Shown piece by piece: positions 14,806-24,730 of a stretch of 25,216 bases of DNA. The notes beneath the pieces were generated by a model, which was not told the DNA's origin, searched no databases, and worked only from the letters and a program-made list of their open reading frames with translations. The DNA comes from a bacterium (GTDB lineage: Bacteria > SZUA-182 > DTGQ01 > JAFGSM01): the NCBI GenBank assembly GCA_049472335.1, contig JBLIRO010000072.1, positions 1 through 25,216 of the forward strand. The letters are read 5' to 3'. Every line of letters begins with the position of its first letter. The first letter of the stretch is position 1. The translations under genes were made by a program, and so were the position numbers.

Positions 14806-16689
14806 ATGGAGGATGACAAGATTATTAAAAGACCCCTTATCGGAGAGATCCTCATCAAAAATGGATTTTTGAATAGAAGGCAACTGGATGAAGCTCTCAA
14901 TATACAAAAAAAACAGAAGGATGAGAGAAAAAGGATTGGTGAAATACTGATCCAGCGTGGAGTGATTAAAGAAGAAGATTTACTTGAATCTCTCGCTATA
15001 CAGATAGATACTACTTTTCTGCCGATGATGAAGCATTATCAATCCCTCTCCTCCCTTGCGATTCAAAATAAAAGCCACAATATCCAACGGTATATAAAAA
15101 CCATGAGTTTTTTTATTGAGATCGGAATCCTTATCAGTGATAATCCGGATATAAATACTTTAGTAAAAATGATCGCCAAAAAGGCCCCGGAGATTATGGA
15201 AGCAGAAAGAAGCAGCATTTTCTTCCTCGATAAGGATGAGAAAGAGCTATGTTCCATGGTAGCTATTGGCATGAGCGGCAACATGATCCATTTTGACAAG
15301 GATCTGGGGGTCGCGGGTCATGTTTTAAAGACAGGAAAACTGCTAAATATCACTGACGCCTATCAATGTCCCTACTTTAATACAGAAATAGATAAAAAAA
15401 CAGGTTACAGAACCAGGAGCATCCTATGTACACCTATCGTCAATCCTAGCGGAAAACCGTTCGGAGTGTTTCAGATATTAAACAAAAAGAACGGCGTTTT
15501 CACCAGAGAGGACGAGATACTTCTCCAAATCATGGTATCTCAAATCTTTATTGCCCTGGAAAATATCAATACCTGGAATGAATTCAAATTAATCAAAGAA
15601 TCCCTCAATAAAGAGAATGAGAATCTCAGACGTGAGAAAAAGAAAGAATACGGATTTTCAGAGATAATCGGGATGAATGATAATCTTCTCTCGATCATGA
15701 AAACCGTAAAACAAACAGCCGGTTTTAACATCCCTGTCCTTATTGAAGGGGAAAGCGGCACTGGTAAGGAGCTGATGGCAAAGGCCGTTCATTATAACAG
15801 CACAAGGGCTGAAGAACCCTTTATCTGTGTCAATTGCTCCGCTATACCTGAAAATCTTCTGGAATCAGAGCTTTTCGGATATGAGAAAGGGGCCTTTACG
15901 GGTGCCCAATCATCAAAGATTGGTTTCTTTGAAGAGGCAAACAAAGGGACTCTTTTTCTGGATGAAATAGGCGATATGGAGCCGAAATTACAGGTAAAAA
16001 TCCTACGGTTTTTACAAAACGGGGAGATACAGAGACTGGGAAGCAGCAAGATAAAAAAGCTGGATGTAAGGATTATCGCCGCCACCAATAAAAACCTTAC
16101 TGAGCTGATGAAAGAAGGAAGGTTTCGGGATGATCTTTATTATCGTATCAATGTAATAAACCTCAAGCTTTCACCATTGAGGGAGATAAGAGATGACATC
16201 CCTCTTTTGATAAGGTATTTTTTACAAAAATTCGGACCTTCCCTCAACAAGGAGGTAAAGGGGTTAAACCAAGAAGCCCAACAACTTTTGCTTATGTATG
16301 AGTATCCGGGAAATATAAGGGAACTGGAAAATATTATCAAAAGGGCCCTCGTTATCGCGGACGGACCCTTTATCACACCTCAAAATCTCCCTGATTACAT
16401 ACAATCAAATAAAAACATGGCTGCAGATCCCCTGAATTTCGGTTTTTTAACCTCCACTTCAAAAGATTACAGAGCCTACAAGGGATTAAAATTGATGGCC
16501 AGAAAGAAACTGGATGAGCATCTGGACATGCAGTTTATCGTCAATCTTCTTAAGGAAAATAAGGGCAACGTAAGCCGGGCTGCCAGACAGGCCAATATGA
16601 ACCGTTCCCTGCTTCACCAAATGATTCAGAGATATCAATTGGACATTTTTCAATATCGCTCTAGTAAGGATAATTGTAAGAAAAATTAG
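14806..16689 (+). CDS. Sigma54-dependent enhancer-binding protein, MshEN - GAF - AAA+ - Fis HTH
   Basis: Tandem MshEN repeats (LIGEILIKNGFL....L..AL..Q; RIGEILIQRGVI....L...L..Q); GAF with 'D..TGYRTRSILC.PI...NKK...F...D'; GESGTGKE, GAFTGA, FLDEIGD, RDDLYYR, PGNIREL; HTH 'GNVSRAARQANMNRS'. Confidence 0.95.
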   Translation: MEDDKIIKRPLIGEILIKNGFLNRRQLDEALNIQKKQKDERKRIGEILIQRGVIKEEDLLESLAIQIDTTFLPMMKHYQSLSSLAIQNKSHNIQRYIKTMSFFIEIGILISDNPDINTLVKMIAKKAPEIMEAERSSIFFLDKDEKELCSMVAIGMSGNMIHFDKDLGVAGHVLKTGKLLNITDAYQCPYFNTEIDKKTGYRTRSILCTPIVNPSGKPFGVFQILNKKNGVFTREDEILLQIMVSQIFIALENINTWNEFKLIKESLNKENENLRREKKKEYGFSEIIGMNDNLLSIMKTVKQTAGFNIPVLIEGESGTGKELMAKAVHYNSTRAEEPFICVNCSAIPENLLESELFGYEKGAFTGAQSSKIGFFEEANKGTLFLDEIGDMEPKLQVKILRFLQNGEIQRLGSSKIKKLDVRIIAATNKNLTELMKEGRFRDDLYYRINVINLKLSPLREIRDDIPLLIRYFLQKFGPSLNKEVKGLNQEAQQLLLMYEYPGNIRELENIIKRALVIADGPFITPQNLPDYIQSNKNMAADPLNFGFLTSTSKDYRAYKGLKLMARKKLDEHLDMQFIVNLLKENKGNVSRAARQANMNRSLLHQMIQRYQLDIFQYRSSKDNCKKN

Positions 16690-16796
16690 CAATTAAATTG
16701 TACAATTAATAATCATTTTACATTCAACTAATACGCATTCTTTTGCCAACCTTCTTTTTATCAATCATTCCGTATGATTCAGAATAGTAAACCTAT

Positions 16797-16813
16797 CTGG
16801 CATTTCAGTTGCA
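16797..16813 (+). promoter_or_regulatory. Sigma54 (-24/-12) promoter for the 17010 gene
   Basis: CTGGCATTTCAGTTGCA: GG (16799-16800)-N10-GC (16811-16812), a near-perfect TGGCAC-N5-TTGCW match; palindrome AATTGTACAATT about 100 bp upstream (16696-16707). Confidence 0.8.
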
Positions 16814-17009
16814 TGATAAAAAACGGATTTTATGAATTTTTTTAAAACAGCTTACTGATTACTGAAACCTCAAAAATTTGAGACTCAAACATTCGAAAAA
16901 ATATATAATTCAAAAAAGAATAATCAATGATTCATCATGATCATTAGATTTAACATGTACAGTTCTAATTATTCCGATAATGATCACATATTAAAATCAG
17001 GAGCCGAAT

Positions 17010-17495
17010 ATGAAAAAAGACCCGGGATTAAGCATCAGATTTTTCAGCAATATATACTTAATCTTTTTTTTCCTTATCATATCCCTGCCATCCTATAGCT
17101 ATGCGGGGGGGTATATCGACGGTACTTTGGCCCAGGATTTTCTCAATGCCCCTGCGGTTGGCCCTAATGTGGTGGGTTATATGATAGGTGACTATATTAG
17201 CCCTCAAATTACGCATATACACCTTTTTATTAGAAAATGCGAATGTCTCAAAAGGGTCAACTATAAATATGAAGGCATTTTTATCTCATATAATCAGTAC
17301 TTTTCAAAGGCAGAGTTCAATGGACTTACACCTGAAGTTCTGGTGGGCACAATCGACCCCTACGGACAAATATCCAGGAAACTCGCGCCAAGCCAGGAAC
17401 TTATTGCAGTAATTAATCGGGTCCTGGAATATCAGAAAATAGACAATCAGTTTGTTGCCAGGGTAAGCATCAAGTTCGTGAGCATGGTTCCTTAA
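17010..17495 (+). CDS. Hypothetical secreted protein (161 aa, CxC motif)
   Basis: AGGAG SD; basic N-terminus, hydrophobic core and SYA cleavage-like site; no family recognised. Confidence 0.75.
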   Translation: MKKDPGLSIRFFSNIYLIFFFLIISLPSYSYAGGYIDGTLAQDFLNAPAVGPNVVGYMIGDYISPQITHIHLFIRKCECLKRVNYKYEGIFISYNQYFSKAEFNGLTPEVLVGTIDPYGQISRKLAPSQELIAVINRVLEYQKIDNQFVARVSIKFVSMVP

Positions 17496-17502
17496 TTTTT
17501 AT

Positions 17503-18321
17503 TTAATTGATTCTAATCCCCGATCTTACAGCTCGGGAGGAAAACAGAATCAAAAAGAAAACCGAGGATAAAAGGATTACCGTTCCGGAGGCAGGCAGAT
17601 TCAGATAAAAGGCCAGCCATAAACCTATGGCAACTGAAAGGCTTGCAACAAGCATGGAGATTATTATTGCACTAAAGAAACTTTTTGCTATTTGAAGACT
17701 CCCTGCTGCAGGAATAACTATAATGGCCGTCACAAGCAGCAACCCCACAATCTTCATTCCCAGAACAACAACAATAGCAGTAAGCAAAATCAGAATGCTC
17801 TCCAGACGTCCCGCCTTTATGCCGCTAGCCTTTGCCGAATCGGGATCAAAGGTGACAAATAACAGTTCCTGGTAAAATATGACAATAATGGCGAAAGTGA
17901 TTATGGTTAGTACCATGGAGACCCATACCTCTGTTGAGGAAATGGCCATAATGTCTCCGAATAAATAGCTCATAAGGCCCGCATTAAAATCACCCGAAAG
18001 GCTGGCCAAAATTATCCCCAATGCCAATCCGATGCTGCTGAAGATCCCGATGGCGGTATCTTCATACACACCCGCCTTTTCCCTGAGTTTAATGATGCCT
18101 AATGCGCACAAAACAGCCACAAGCAAAGCTGCAGTCATTGGAAGGATGTTTAGAAACAGGCCGAGAGCCACACCGCCGAAGGTAATATGGGCAAGGCCAT
18201 GTCCCAGCATGGCATCTTTCCTTAAAACCAGGAATACTCCAAGAATAGCACAGGTATTGGCAATAAAAATCCCTGCCAACAGCGCCCTCTGCATAAAATT
18301 GTAAGTCAAAAAGAATTTCAA
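17503..18321 (-). CDS. znuB: Zn/Mn ABC transporter permease
   Basis: FMQRAL, GVFLVLR, LAHITFGG, YLFGDI, TFD..SA...G, IVG.LLV, LPASG. Confidence 0.92.
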   Translation of the reverse strand: MKFFLTYNFMQRALLAGIFIANTCAILGVFLVLRKDAMLGHGLAHITFGGVALGLFLNILPMTAALLVAVLCALGIIKLREKAGVYEDTAIGIFSSIGLALGIILASLSGDFNAGLMSYLFGDIMAISSTEVWVSMVLTIITFAIIVIFYQELLFVTFDPDSAKASGIKAGRLESILILLTAIVVVLGMKIVGLLLVTAIIVIPAAGSLQIAKSFFSAIIISMLVASLSVAIGLWLAFYLNLPASGTVILLSSVFFLILFSSRAVRSGIRIN

Positions 18322-18337
18322 TAAAATTCCCCTTTAC

Positions 18338-19102
18338 TCAGTGACGGTGGGAGATAAGGTGTTGCTCTCCTCTTATGAACTTCTCAACTTCGGAGGATTG
18401 ACAGAATTCCTCATGAGTCCCGTGAAACACAAGCCTCTGATTAAGGCATGCCACCTTGGTTACATATCTGGTAACAACCCCTATATCATGTGTAATCAAC
18501 ACAATAGTGATGCCATGTTGTTTATTCAATAAATTTAGCATATCATAAAAGTATGTCTGAGTGGCAGCGTCAACACCTGTTGTCGGCTCATCCAGGATTA
18601 AAATATCGGGCTGATTGACTATGGCACGGGCAATAAAGACACGTTGCTGTTGCCCTCCGGAGAGTTCTCCGATTCTCCGGTCTTTAATCCCTTTCATATC
18701 CACTTTCTCCAGGGCCTTATCAATTAGGGCATAATCATTCCTTCGAAAAAATCTGGGAAATTTCTTTCCGGATATAAGCCCCATAGACACCACTTCCTTC
18801 ACCGAAGCCGGGAAAAAATTATCGATATGTGTGGCATTCTGGGGAACATATCCGATACTTTTCCACTTTGTAAAATACCTTATTGTCTGACCGAATAAAA
18901 CGATCTCTCCTTCGCTGAGCGGAAGGAGTCCTAGAACAAGCCTTATAAGGGTCGTTTTGCCGGAGCCGTTCGGTCCCAGGATAGCCAGGAAATCACCCTG
19001 TCTTATCTCAAATGATATATCGGAAAGCACCTTTGTGGATCCGTAGCTGTACTCGACACCTTTTACGGATATCTGAATATCCCGCGCTTCACTCACATCC
19101 AA
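18338..19102 (-). CDS. znuC: Zn/Mn ABC transporter ATP-binding protein (start may be GTG 19096)
   Basis: GPNGSGKTT, GYVPQ, LSGGQQQR, ILDEPT, ITHD, ACLN and a His-containing tail. Confidence 0.92.
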   Translation of the reverse strand: MDVSEARDIQISVKGVEYSYGSTKVLSDISFEIRQGDFLAILGPNGSGKTTLIRLVLGLLPLSEGEIVLFGQTIRYFTKWKSIGYVPQNATHIDNFFPASVKEVVSMGLISGKKFPRFFRRNDYALIDKALEKVDMKGIKDRRIGELSGGQQQRVFIARAIVNQPDILILDEPTTGVDAATQTYFYDMLNLLNKQHGITIVLITHDIGVVTRYVTKVACLNQRLVFHGTHEEFCQSSEVEKFIRGEQHLISHRH

Positions 19103-20063
19103 GCCCCTTCATAAGGTTTATGAGATTATCCTCCATAATGGAGATAAAGGTTATGCCACTTTCCCTTTCTTTCCCGGTTAAATTCGGACCCGGATTTAGA
19201 ACCAGAACATATGCCCCAATCTCTTCCGCAATGATCCTGGCAAGTCGATCATTGATAAATTTTTCAATAAAAACAGCCTTTATACCTTTTGATCCTGCAA
19301 AATCTATTATTTCTGCCATTTCTCTCGGTTTCGGCTCTGCATCAGGACTCAATCCATAAAGGGATATCTGTTTCAAACCATATCTTCTTGCTATGTAAGA
19401 AAAAGTTGCATGTCCTCCCATCAGGATTTCAGATCTTTCACAACTTCTCAACCCCTTTGAATACTTCCTGTCAAGCTCAGCCAGTTTTTCTTTGTATCTT
19501 TTTCCGTTTTGCGTATAAATTGCAGTCCCTTCAGGATCTTTGCTGGAAAAAACCCTTACGATTTTATCTATGATCTTCTGATCATTCTCAAAGTCAAGCC
19601 AAATATGAGGATCCATTCTTTGATAATGATGCCCGGAACCGTGTTTTACGGGTGAGTTATTATTTTGATCAGCCTTTTTTTCCGGAAAATCCCTTCCTGA
19701 CTCCTCCGCGCTGATCAGGTCCAGCCCCTCTGAAGCCTCAATGATCAGAAGCGAATCACTTTTTATTCCTTCTAACAGGTCTTCAACCCATGGCTCCATG
19801 CCGGAACCAATATATATAAATATATCCGCCTTTGAAAGGTTGACTATTTCCACTGGCCTGGGTCTCCATGTATGGGGTTCGGTGCCAGGAGGGAGGAAGA
19901 TCTCCACATTGACCCTTTCGCTGCCGACAACCCTTGCAAACTCCTGCAGAGGGAAAATGCTTGTTACTACTTGCAGCTTTTGCAGGGCCCATCCCCTGCA
20001 ATGGCAGCAGATTATAAATATGAGTATTATCAAAAATACTGTTTTTTTAAAATATCCTTTCAT
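19089..20063 (-). CDS. znuA: Zn/Mn ABC transporter substrate-binding protein (probable start MKGYF at 20063)
   Basis: VVTSIFPL, EPHTW, G.GMEPW, HGSGHH loop, DPHIW, GHATFSY...YG, EP.P, VFIE; AAGGA SD before 20063. Confidence 0.9.
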   Translation of the reverse strand: MKGYFKKTVFLIILIFIICCHCRGWALQKLQVVTSIFPLQEFARVVGSERVNVEIFLPPGTEPHTWRPRPVEIVNLSKADIFIYIGSGMEPWVEDLLEGIKSDSLLIIEASEGLDLISAEESGRDFPEKKADQNNNSPVKHGSGHHYQRMDPHIWLDFENDQKIIDKIVRVFSSKDPEGTAIYTQNGKRYKEKLAELDRKYSKGLRSCERSEILMGGHATFSYIARRYGLKQISLYGLSPDAEPKPREMAEIIDFAGSKGIKAVFIEKFINDRLARIIAEEIGAYVLVLNPGPNLTGKERESGITFISIMEDNLINLMKGLGCE

Positions 20064-20334
20064 TTTAAAATCCTTTTCCATGTACGGGATATCCAAAATC
20101 TTTGCCGGGTATTATTATATCAAAGAAATATATTAAAATATATATATGTATATTTATCCTTATATTTCAAGACTTGATCCCATCAAAACACATCACCAAT
20201 TATCTGCTCATAAAAATTATTCACCTAAAGGCTTAAAAAATATACTGACTATCAAAATTTCCTTTCTTTTTGTCATTCTTCAATAAAAATTGAAACAAAT
20301 ATATCTAATAAAATAATAAAGAATATCTTTGAAA

Positions 20335-20351
20335 TTGGCATAATTTTTGTT
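20335..20351 (+). promoter_or_regulatory. Possible sigma54-type promoter of the V/A-ATPase operon
   Basis: TTGGCATAATTTTTGTT: GG-N10-GT, with the -12 C replaced by T. Confidence 0.35.
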
Positions 20352-20435
20352 TATTAATTTGCCAAATCATAATATTTGCTGATGATTATCTTTTATACGA
20401 ATCCAGGAAAAAACATTCAAGAGAGTTATAAGATC

Positions 20436-20789
20436 ATGAACATAGATATGGAAACATTGTCAGATACAAAAATAATAAATCAAATGTTGAATATAGAAAA
20501 AAATGCGTGTCAGATTGTTGAAAATGCAATAGAAAAGGGAAATAAAGTAATAACAGAAGCCAGGGAAGAGGCAGAACGGCTCATAGAAAAAAGAAAACAA
20601 GAGCTAAGTAATGATTTGCTCGCGTTAGAGAAAAAACTACAGGAAGAAACCGAAAAAGAAGCGGCTCGGATAAAGGCAGAAAAACAACAAACTCTTGAAA
20701 TGATTGACAAACAAACAATATCAAAAAAGGAATTGACAATAAAAAAGATTTGCGAATTTTTATTTAAACAGATAATGGATGATAGATAA
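20436..20789 (+). CDS. V/A-type ATPase peripheral stalk subunit G/H (start uncertain: 20436 or 20448)
   Basis: Charged coiled coil 'IEKNA..IVE.A.......EAREEAERLIE'; first gene of the operon. Confidence 0.7.
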   Translation: MNIDMETLSDTKIINQMLNIEKNACQIVENAIEKGNKVITEAREEAERLIEKRKQELSNDLLALEKKLQEETEKEAARIKAEKQQTLEMIDKQTISKKELTIKKICEFLFKQIMDDR

Positions 20790-20792
20790 TAT

Positions 20793-21842
20793 ATGTTGAA
20801 GAATGCTGTTCGTTTTTCATATATAAATGCCAAGATTCGGTCATTAAAAAGTCAATTGCTCAGGCAATCGGATTATGAAAACCTTCTTAAAGCAAGGGGA
20901 TATCACGGATTGGCTGATTATTTGAGGTTTACTCCCTATTGTAAAAACATTGATAAAGGCATTTCCTCTTATGATGAACTAATAGAAATTTATTATAAAA
21001 ATATTTTAGGAGAATACATAAAGGTCATTGATTCGATCTCAATTAATATTAAACGCTTAATTTGTCAATTGTACCAGAGATACGAGCTTGAAAATCTTAA
21101 AGTCATTTTAAGGGCAATCTGTTATTGCAGACAATCAGACAAAATAAAAAGGCTTTTTTTTCCATTGATTAAATATACCAGCTTTTCCACAAGTGACCTG
21201 ATTGCGTCAAAAAATTTATCCGAAATCATCAATAAATTAAAAGGTACATGGTACTATGAGCCGCTTATTAATTCCTTTTATCGTTTTGAAAGCGAAGGTG
21301 AAAGTTTTCCTCTGGAGATGGCCTTAGACTTAACCTACTACAACCATCTCTGGGATATTGTCTCATCTCTGTCCCGACAGGATCAAAAGATAGCAAAAAA
21401 CATTTTGGGGCTTCAGCTGGACGCCTTAAATATTATATGGATCATCAGATTTAAAGAGAGGTTCCTTTTCTCTCCTGAAGAGATTCTAAATTACAGCCTG
21501 ATAAACGGAAAATACATCTCAAAAAATATCAGAAAAAAAATGGCTTATTCTGTGAATCAGAAAGACATAATATCAAATCTTGAAGGAACCCCATATAAGG
21601 AAATACTAAAAGGCATTGATGATCCGGAAATAGGTTATATAAAGTTATTACAATATATATTGATTTTAGTAAGAAGAAATTGGAACAGATATCCTTTTCA
21701 AATTGGTACAATTTTAGGTTATATATTTTTAAAAGAGACTGAAATAAAGGATCTGATTACAATTACTGAGGGGAAAAGGATTGGTATTCATGAGAAAAAT
21801 ATAAATCCTTTTATGGTGCATCAATTATCACTGACTTGTTAA
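20793..21842 (+). CDS. ntpC: V/A-type ATPase subunit C (d/AC39)
   Basis: YINAKIR...S.LL, L..TPY, YELENLK..LR, E.ALD..YY, D..NI.WI.R, Y...KE.E..DL..I.EG. Confidence 0.9.
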   Translation: MLKNAVRFSYINAKIRSLKSQLLRQSDYENLLKARGYHGLADYLRFTPYCKNIDKGISSYDELIEIYYKNILGEYIKVIDSISINIKRLICQLYQRYELENLKVILRAICYCRQSDKIKRLFFPLIKYTSFSTSDLIASKNLSEIINKLKGTWYYEPLINSFYRFESEGESFPLEMALDLTYYNHLWDIVSSLSRQDQKIAKNILGLQLDALNIIWIIRFKERFLFSPEEILNYSLINGKYISKNIRKKMAYSVNQKDIISNLEGTPYKEILKGIDDPEIGYIKLLQYILILVRRNWNRYPFQIGTILGYIFLKETEIKDLITITEGKRIGIHEKNINPFMVHQLSLTC

Positions 21843-21896
21843 CAGTTATGGTTCAAGGTTCATATACTTAATAATAAAGGATCGGGAGTAGTTATC

Positions 21897-23885
21897 ATGT
21901 TAAGGCCTGCTAAGATGGCTAAGATTGATCTTCAGATACCGGAAGATCATATCGCTAAAATAACCCTGGGTATTACCAATTTAAACATCATACACCTGAT
22001 GAATATCCGCAAAACTCCTCTTGGTGAAGTTAATATTGAATCCAATCGGGAAAATTCTCTGGTGTGCAGATATCTAAAACTGCAGCGCAGGATTAATAAT
22101 CTATGCGAAGCAATGGAAATTGAGCTGAATAAAATACCTTGGTGTCCTTTTTTACAGGATATTAATCCTCATATTGATATTATAAGGCTCGAAAATAAGA
22201 TTAAAACACTAGAAGAAGAGGCCATGCCTTTTATTGCAAGGCGTAAATCCTTAAGTGACCAAAAACAGGAAAAACTGAGATTATTGACTCATACAGAGAT
22301 AATCTTAACCTCTGGTATAGATTTACATCAATTTCATGAATGCAAATTTCTCTATATAGCTGCAGGATTGATCCCAACGGAAAATATTGAAGGATTGGAA
22401 CTAAGCCTGTCCAATTTTTATCATATTCTGGTACCGTCAAAAAAGATCGGCAAGAGACGCCTGGCCTTTGTGCTCGGATCAAAAAAGGATCAGGAAAAAA
22501 TAGAAAAGGCATTACGGAGCGCCTATTTTGAAAAACTGGATTTTTGCATTATTAAATCCAAAGAAAACAGTTCCGATATCCAGGATTTGAAAAGCCAGAT
22601 AAATGATATTGATCAAAAAACTTCCGAAACAGAAGCAAATCTAAGCAAATTAAGGATGATAATCAAGAAAAAATTACTTAAAATAAACCAGAGGGTAATA
22701 CTTTCTTTAAATATTTTAGAAACAGCAAAATCATTCGACAAGGTAGGCAGCTCATACCATATATCCGGCTGGATACCTCAGGATATCGTTCCCGCACTGG
22801 AAAAAGAGATAAGAAGGGCAAGTCTCAATCAGGCAAAAATCAACATCTTAATCCCTGACGGAAGTAAAAAAGGCCTTAAAAGCAGCTTTAAAATACCCAC
22901 TTGTTTAAAAAATCCTCTATTTCTCAAGCCATTTGAAAAAATAATCTTTGGATATGGCATACCTGATTACAATGAGGTAGAGCCCACAATCTTTTTTGCA
23001 TCGAGTTTTCTCGTTATGTTCGGAGTGATGTTTGGGGATGTGGGCCATGGTTTGACTCTATTTTTTCTTGGTCTCCTGGCCTTCAAAAAATCCAAAAAGG
23101 ATTATATAGGCCAGATGGGACTAATAGTTATGGAATGTGGGATCATGTCAGGTATTTTTGGGTTTTTGTACGGTTCATTTTTTGGTTTTGAACATATTTT
23201 ACCAGCCCTGTGGTTCAGTCCCATGGGAAACATTTATTATTTCATGAAACTCACTATTGGTTTCGGTATTGTCATAATAAGCCTGGGTCTAATATTAAAT
23301 ATCATAAATTCAATAAGAAACAGGGAGTTTCTAAAGGGTATATTCGGAGAGACGGGTATTATGGGACTCATTTTTTATTGGGCATGCGTTGGGTTAATTA
23401 TAATATATATGGTTAATGGAGAATTGATTTTTACCTCCAGCTATGTTTTGTGGCTTTTGCTGTTTCCTCTATTGATGATATTTTTCAAAGAGCCATTATA
23501 TAATCTTTATAATAAATTTATTCTCAAGAAAGAAGTTCCCATATTTCCATCAAATCTCGGACTGTACTTTATGGAAGGGCTCATCGAGATAGGAGACACT
23601 GTAATAGGATTTCTCTCCAATACCGTATCTTTTATACGCATTTCAGCGTTTGCGCTTGCTCATGCAGGTTTATTTTTTGCAGTATTCACATTGGCGCACA
23701 CCTTACAAACTGTAAAATGGGGTTTTTTCTGGTATTGGATTGTCGTTATCATCGGGAATATTTGCATTATAGTCATAGAGGGGCTGGTTGTCTCAATTCA
23801 AACTATCAGGTTGGAATACTATGAATTCTTCAGCAAATTTTTCAAAGGAGGAGGAGAGTTGTATAGCCCCTTGATTAACAAATAG
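21897..23885 (+). CDS. ntpI: V/A-type ATPase subunit I (a)
   Basis: GWIP, PT.LKN, YG.P.Y.E..PT, FG.MFGD.GHG, SNTVSFIR..AFALAH (essential Arg), EGL...IQ..RLEYYEFFSKFF.GGG. Confidence 0.95.
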   Translation: MLRPAKMAKIDLQIPEDHIAKITLGITNLNIIHLMNIRKTPLGEVNIESNRENSLVCRYLKLQRRINNLCEAMEIELNKIPWCPFLQDINPHIDIIRLENKIKTLEEEAMPFIARRKSLSDQKQEKLRLLTHTEIILTSGIDLHQFHECKFLYIAAGLIPTENIEGLELSLSNFYHILVPSKKIGKRRLAFVLGSKKDQEKIEKALRSAYFEKLDFCIIKSKENSSDIQDLKSQINDIDQKTSETEANLSKLRMIIKKKLLKINQRVILSLNILETAKSFDKVGSSYHISGWIPQDIVPALEKEIRRASLNQAKINILIPDGSKKGLKSSFKIPTCLKNPLFLKPFEKIIFGYGIPDYNEVEPTIFFASSFLVMFGVMFGDVGHGLTLFFLGLLAFKKSKKDYIGQMGLIVMECGIMSGIFGFLYGSFFGFEHILPALWFSPMGNIYYFMKLTIGFGIVIISLGLILNIINSIRNREFLKGIFGETGIMGLIFYWACVGLIIIYMVNGELIFTSSYVLWLLLFPLLMIFFKEPLYNLYNKFILKKEVPIFPSNLGLYFMEGLIEIGDTVIGFLSNTVSFIRISAFALAHAGLFFAVFTLAHTLQTVKWGFFWYWIVVIIGNICIIVIEGLVVSIQTIRLEYYEFFSKFFKGGGELYSPLINK

Positions 23886-23950
23886 CCAATTATCATCCCT
23901 AAAGAGGGCTTTAAAAAGAAGCATGAATTTAAACAACTAAAATGATATGA

Positions 23951-24364
<414 letters not shown>

Positions 24365-24400
24365 AGTTATTACTGTATAGCAAATATTGGGTCTATTTAG

Positions 24401-24709
24401 ATGAAATTCTTGGTCATAGGAGACAGGGACACTATAGCAGGTTTTTCCCTGATAGGGATTGAAGGTATTGTTGTTAATACAAAATCAGAGGCCTTAAAAG
24501 CCCTCAAATATGCCATTCATAACAAGGACATAGCTATCATTTTGATTACTGAGAGAGTGGCCGGGGAAATACGCAACAATATCGATAATCTCATATCCCA
24601 CAGAAAAAAATGCAATCTTATCCTTCAAATTCCCGATGCGCACAGGTCCAAGCCAATGAAGCATACAGTTGAAGAATTCATTTTTTCAGCATTAGGAATA
24701 AAGGTATAG
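24401..24709 (+). CDS. V/A-type ATPase subunit F
   Basis: VIGD.DT..GF.L.G.EG, D.AII.ITE, IP, ..ALG.KV. Confidence 0.92.
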   Translation: MKFLVIGDRDTIAGFSLIGIEGIVVNTKSEALKALKYAIHNKDIAIILITERVAGEIRNNIDNLISHRKKCNLILQIPDAHRSKPMKHTVEEFIFSALGIKV

Positions 24710-24730
24710 AAAGGTTTAAAAAAGTAAAAA

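Noticed and set aside
16734..16750. Minus-strand TGGCA...TGC as a second sigma54 promoter
   Set aside because: Spacing is GG-N9-GC, not the required N10.
20100..20330. Zur/Fur box upstream of znuA
   Set aside because: Very AT-rich with (TA)n runs; no dyad distinguishable from background.
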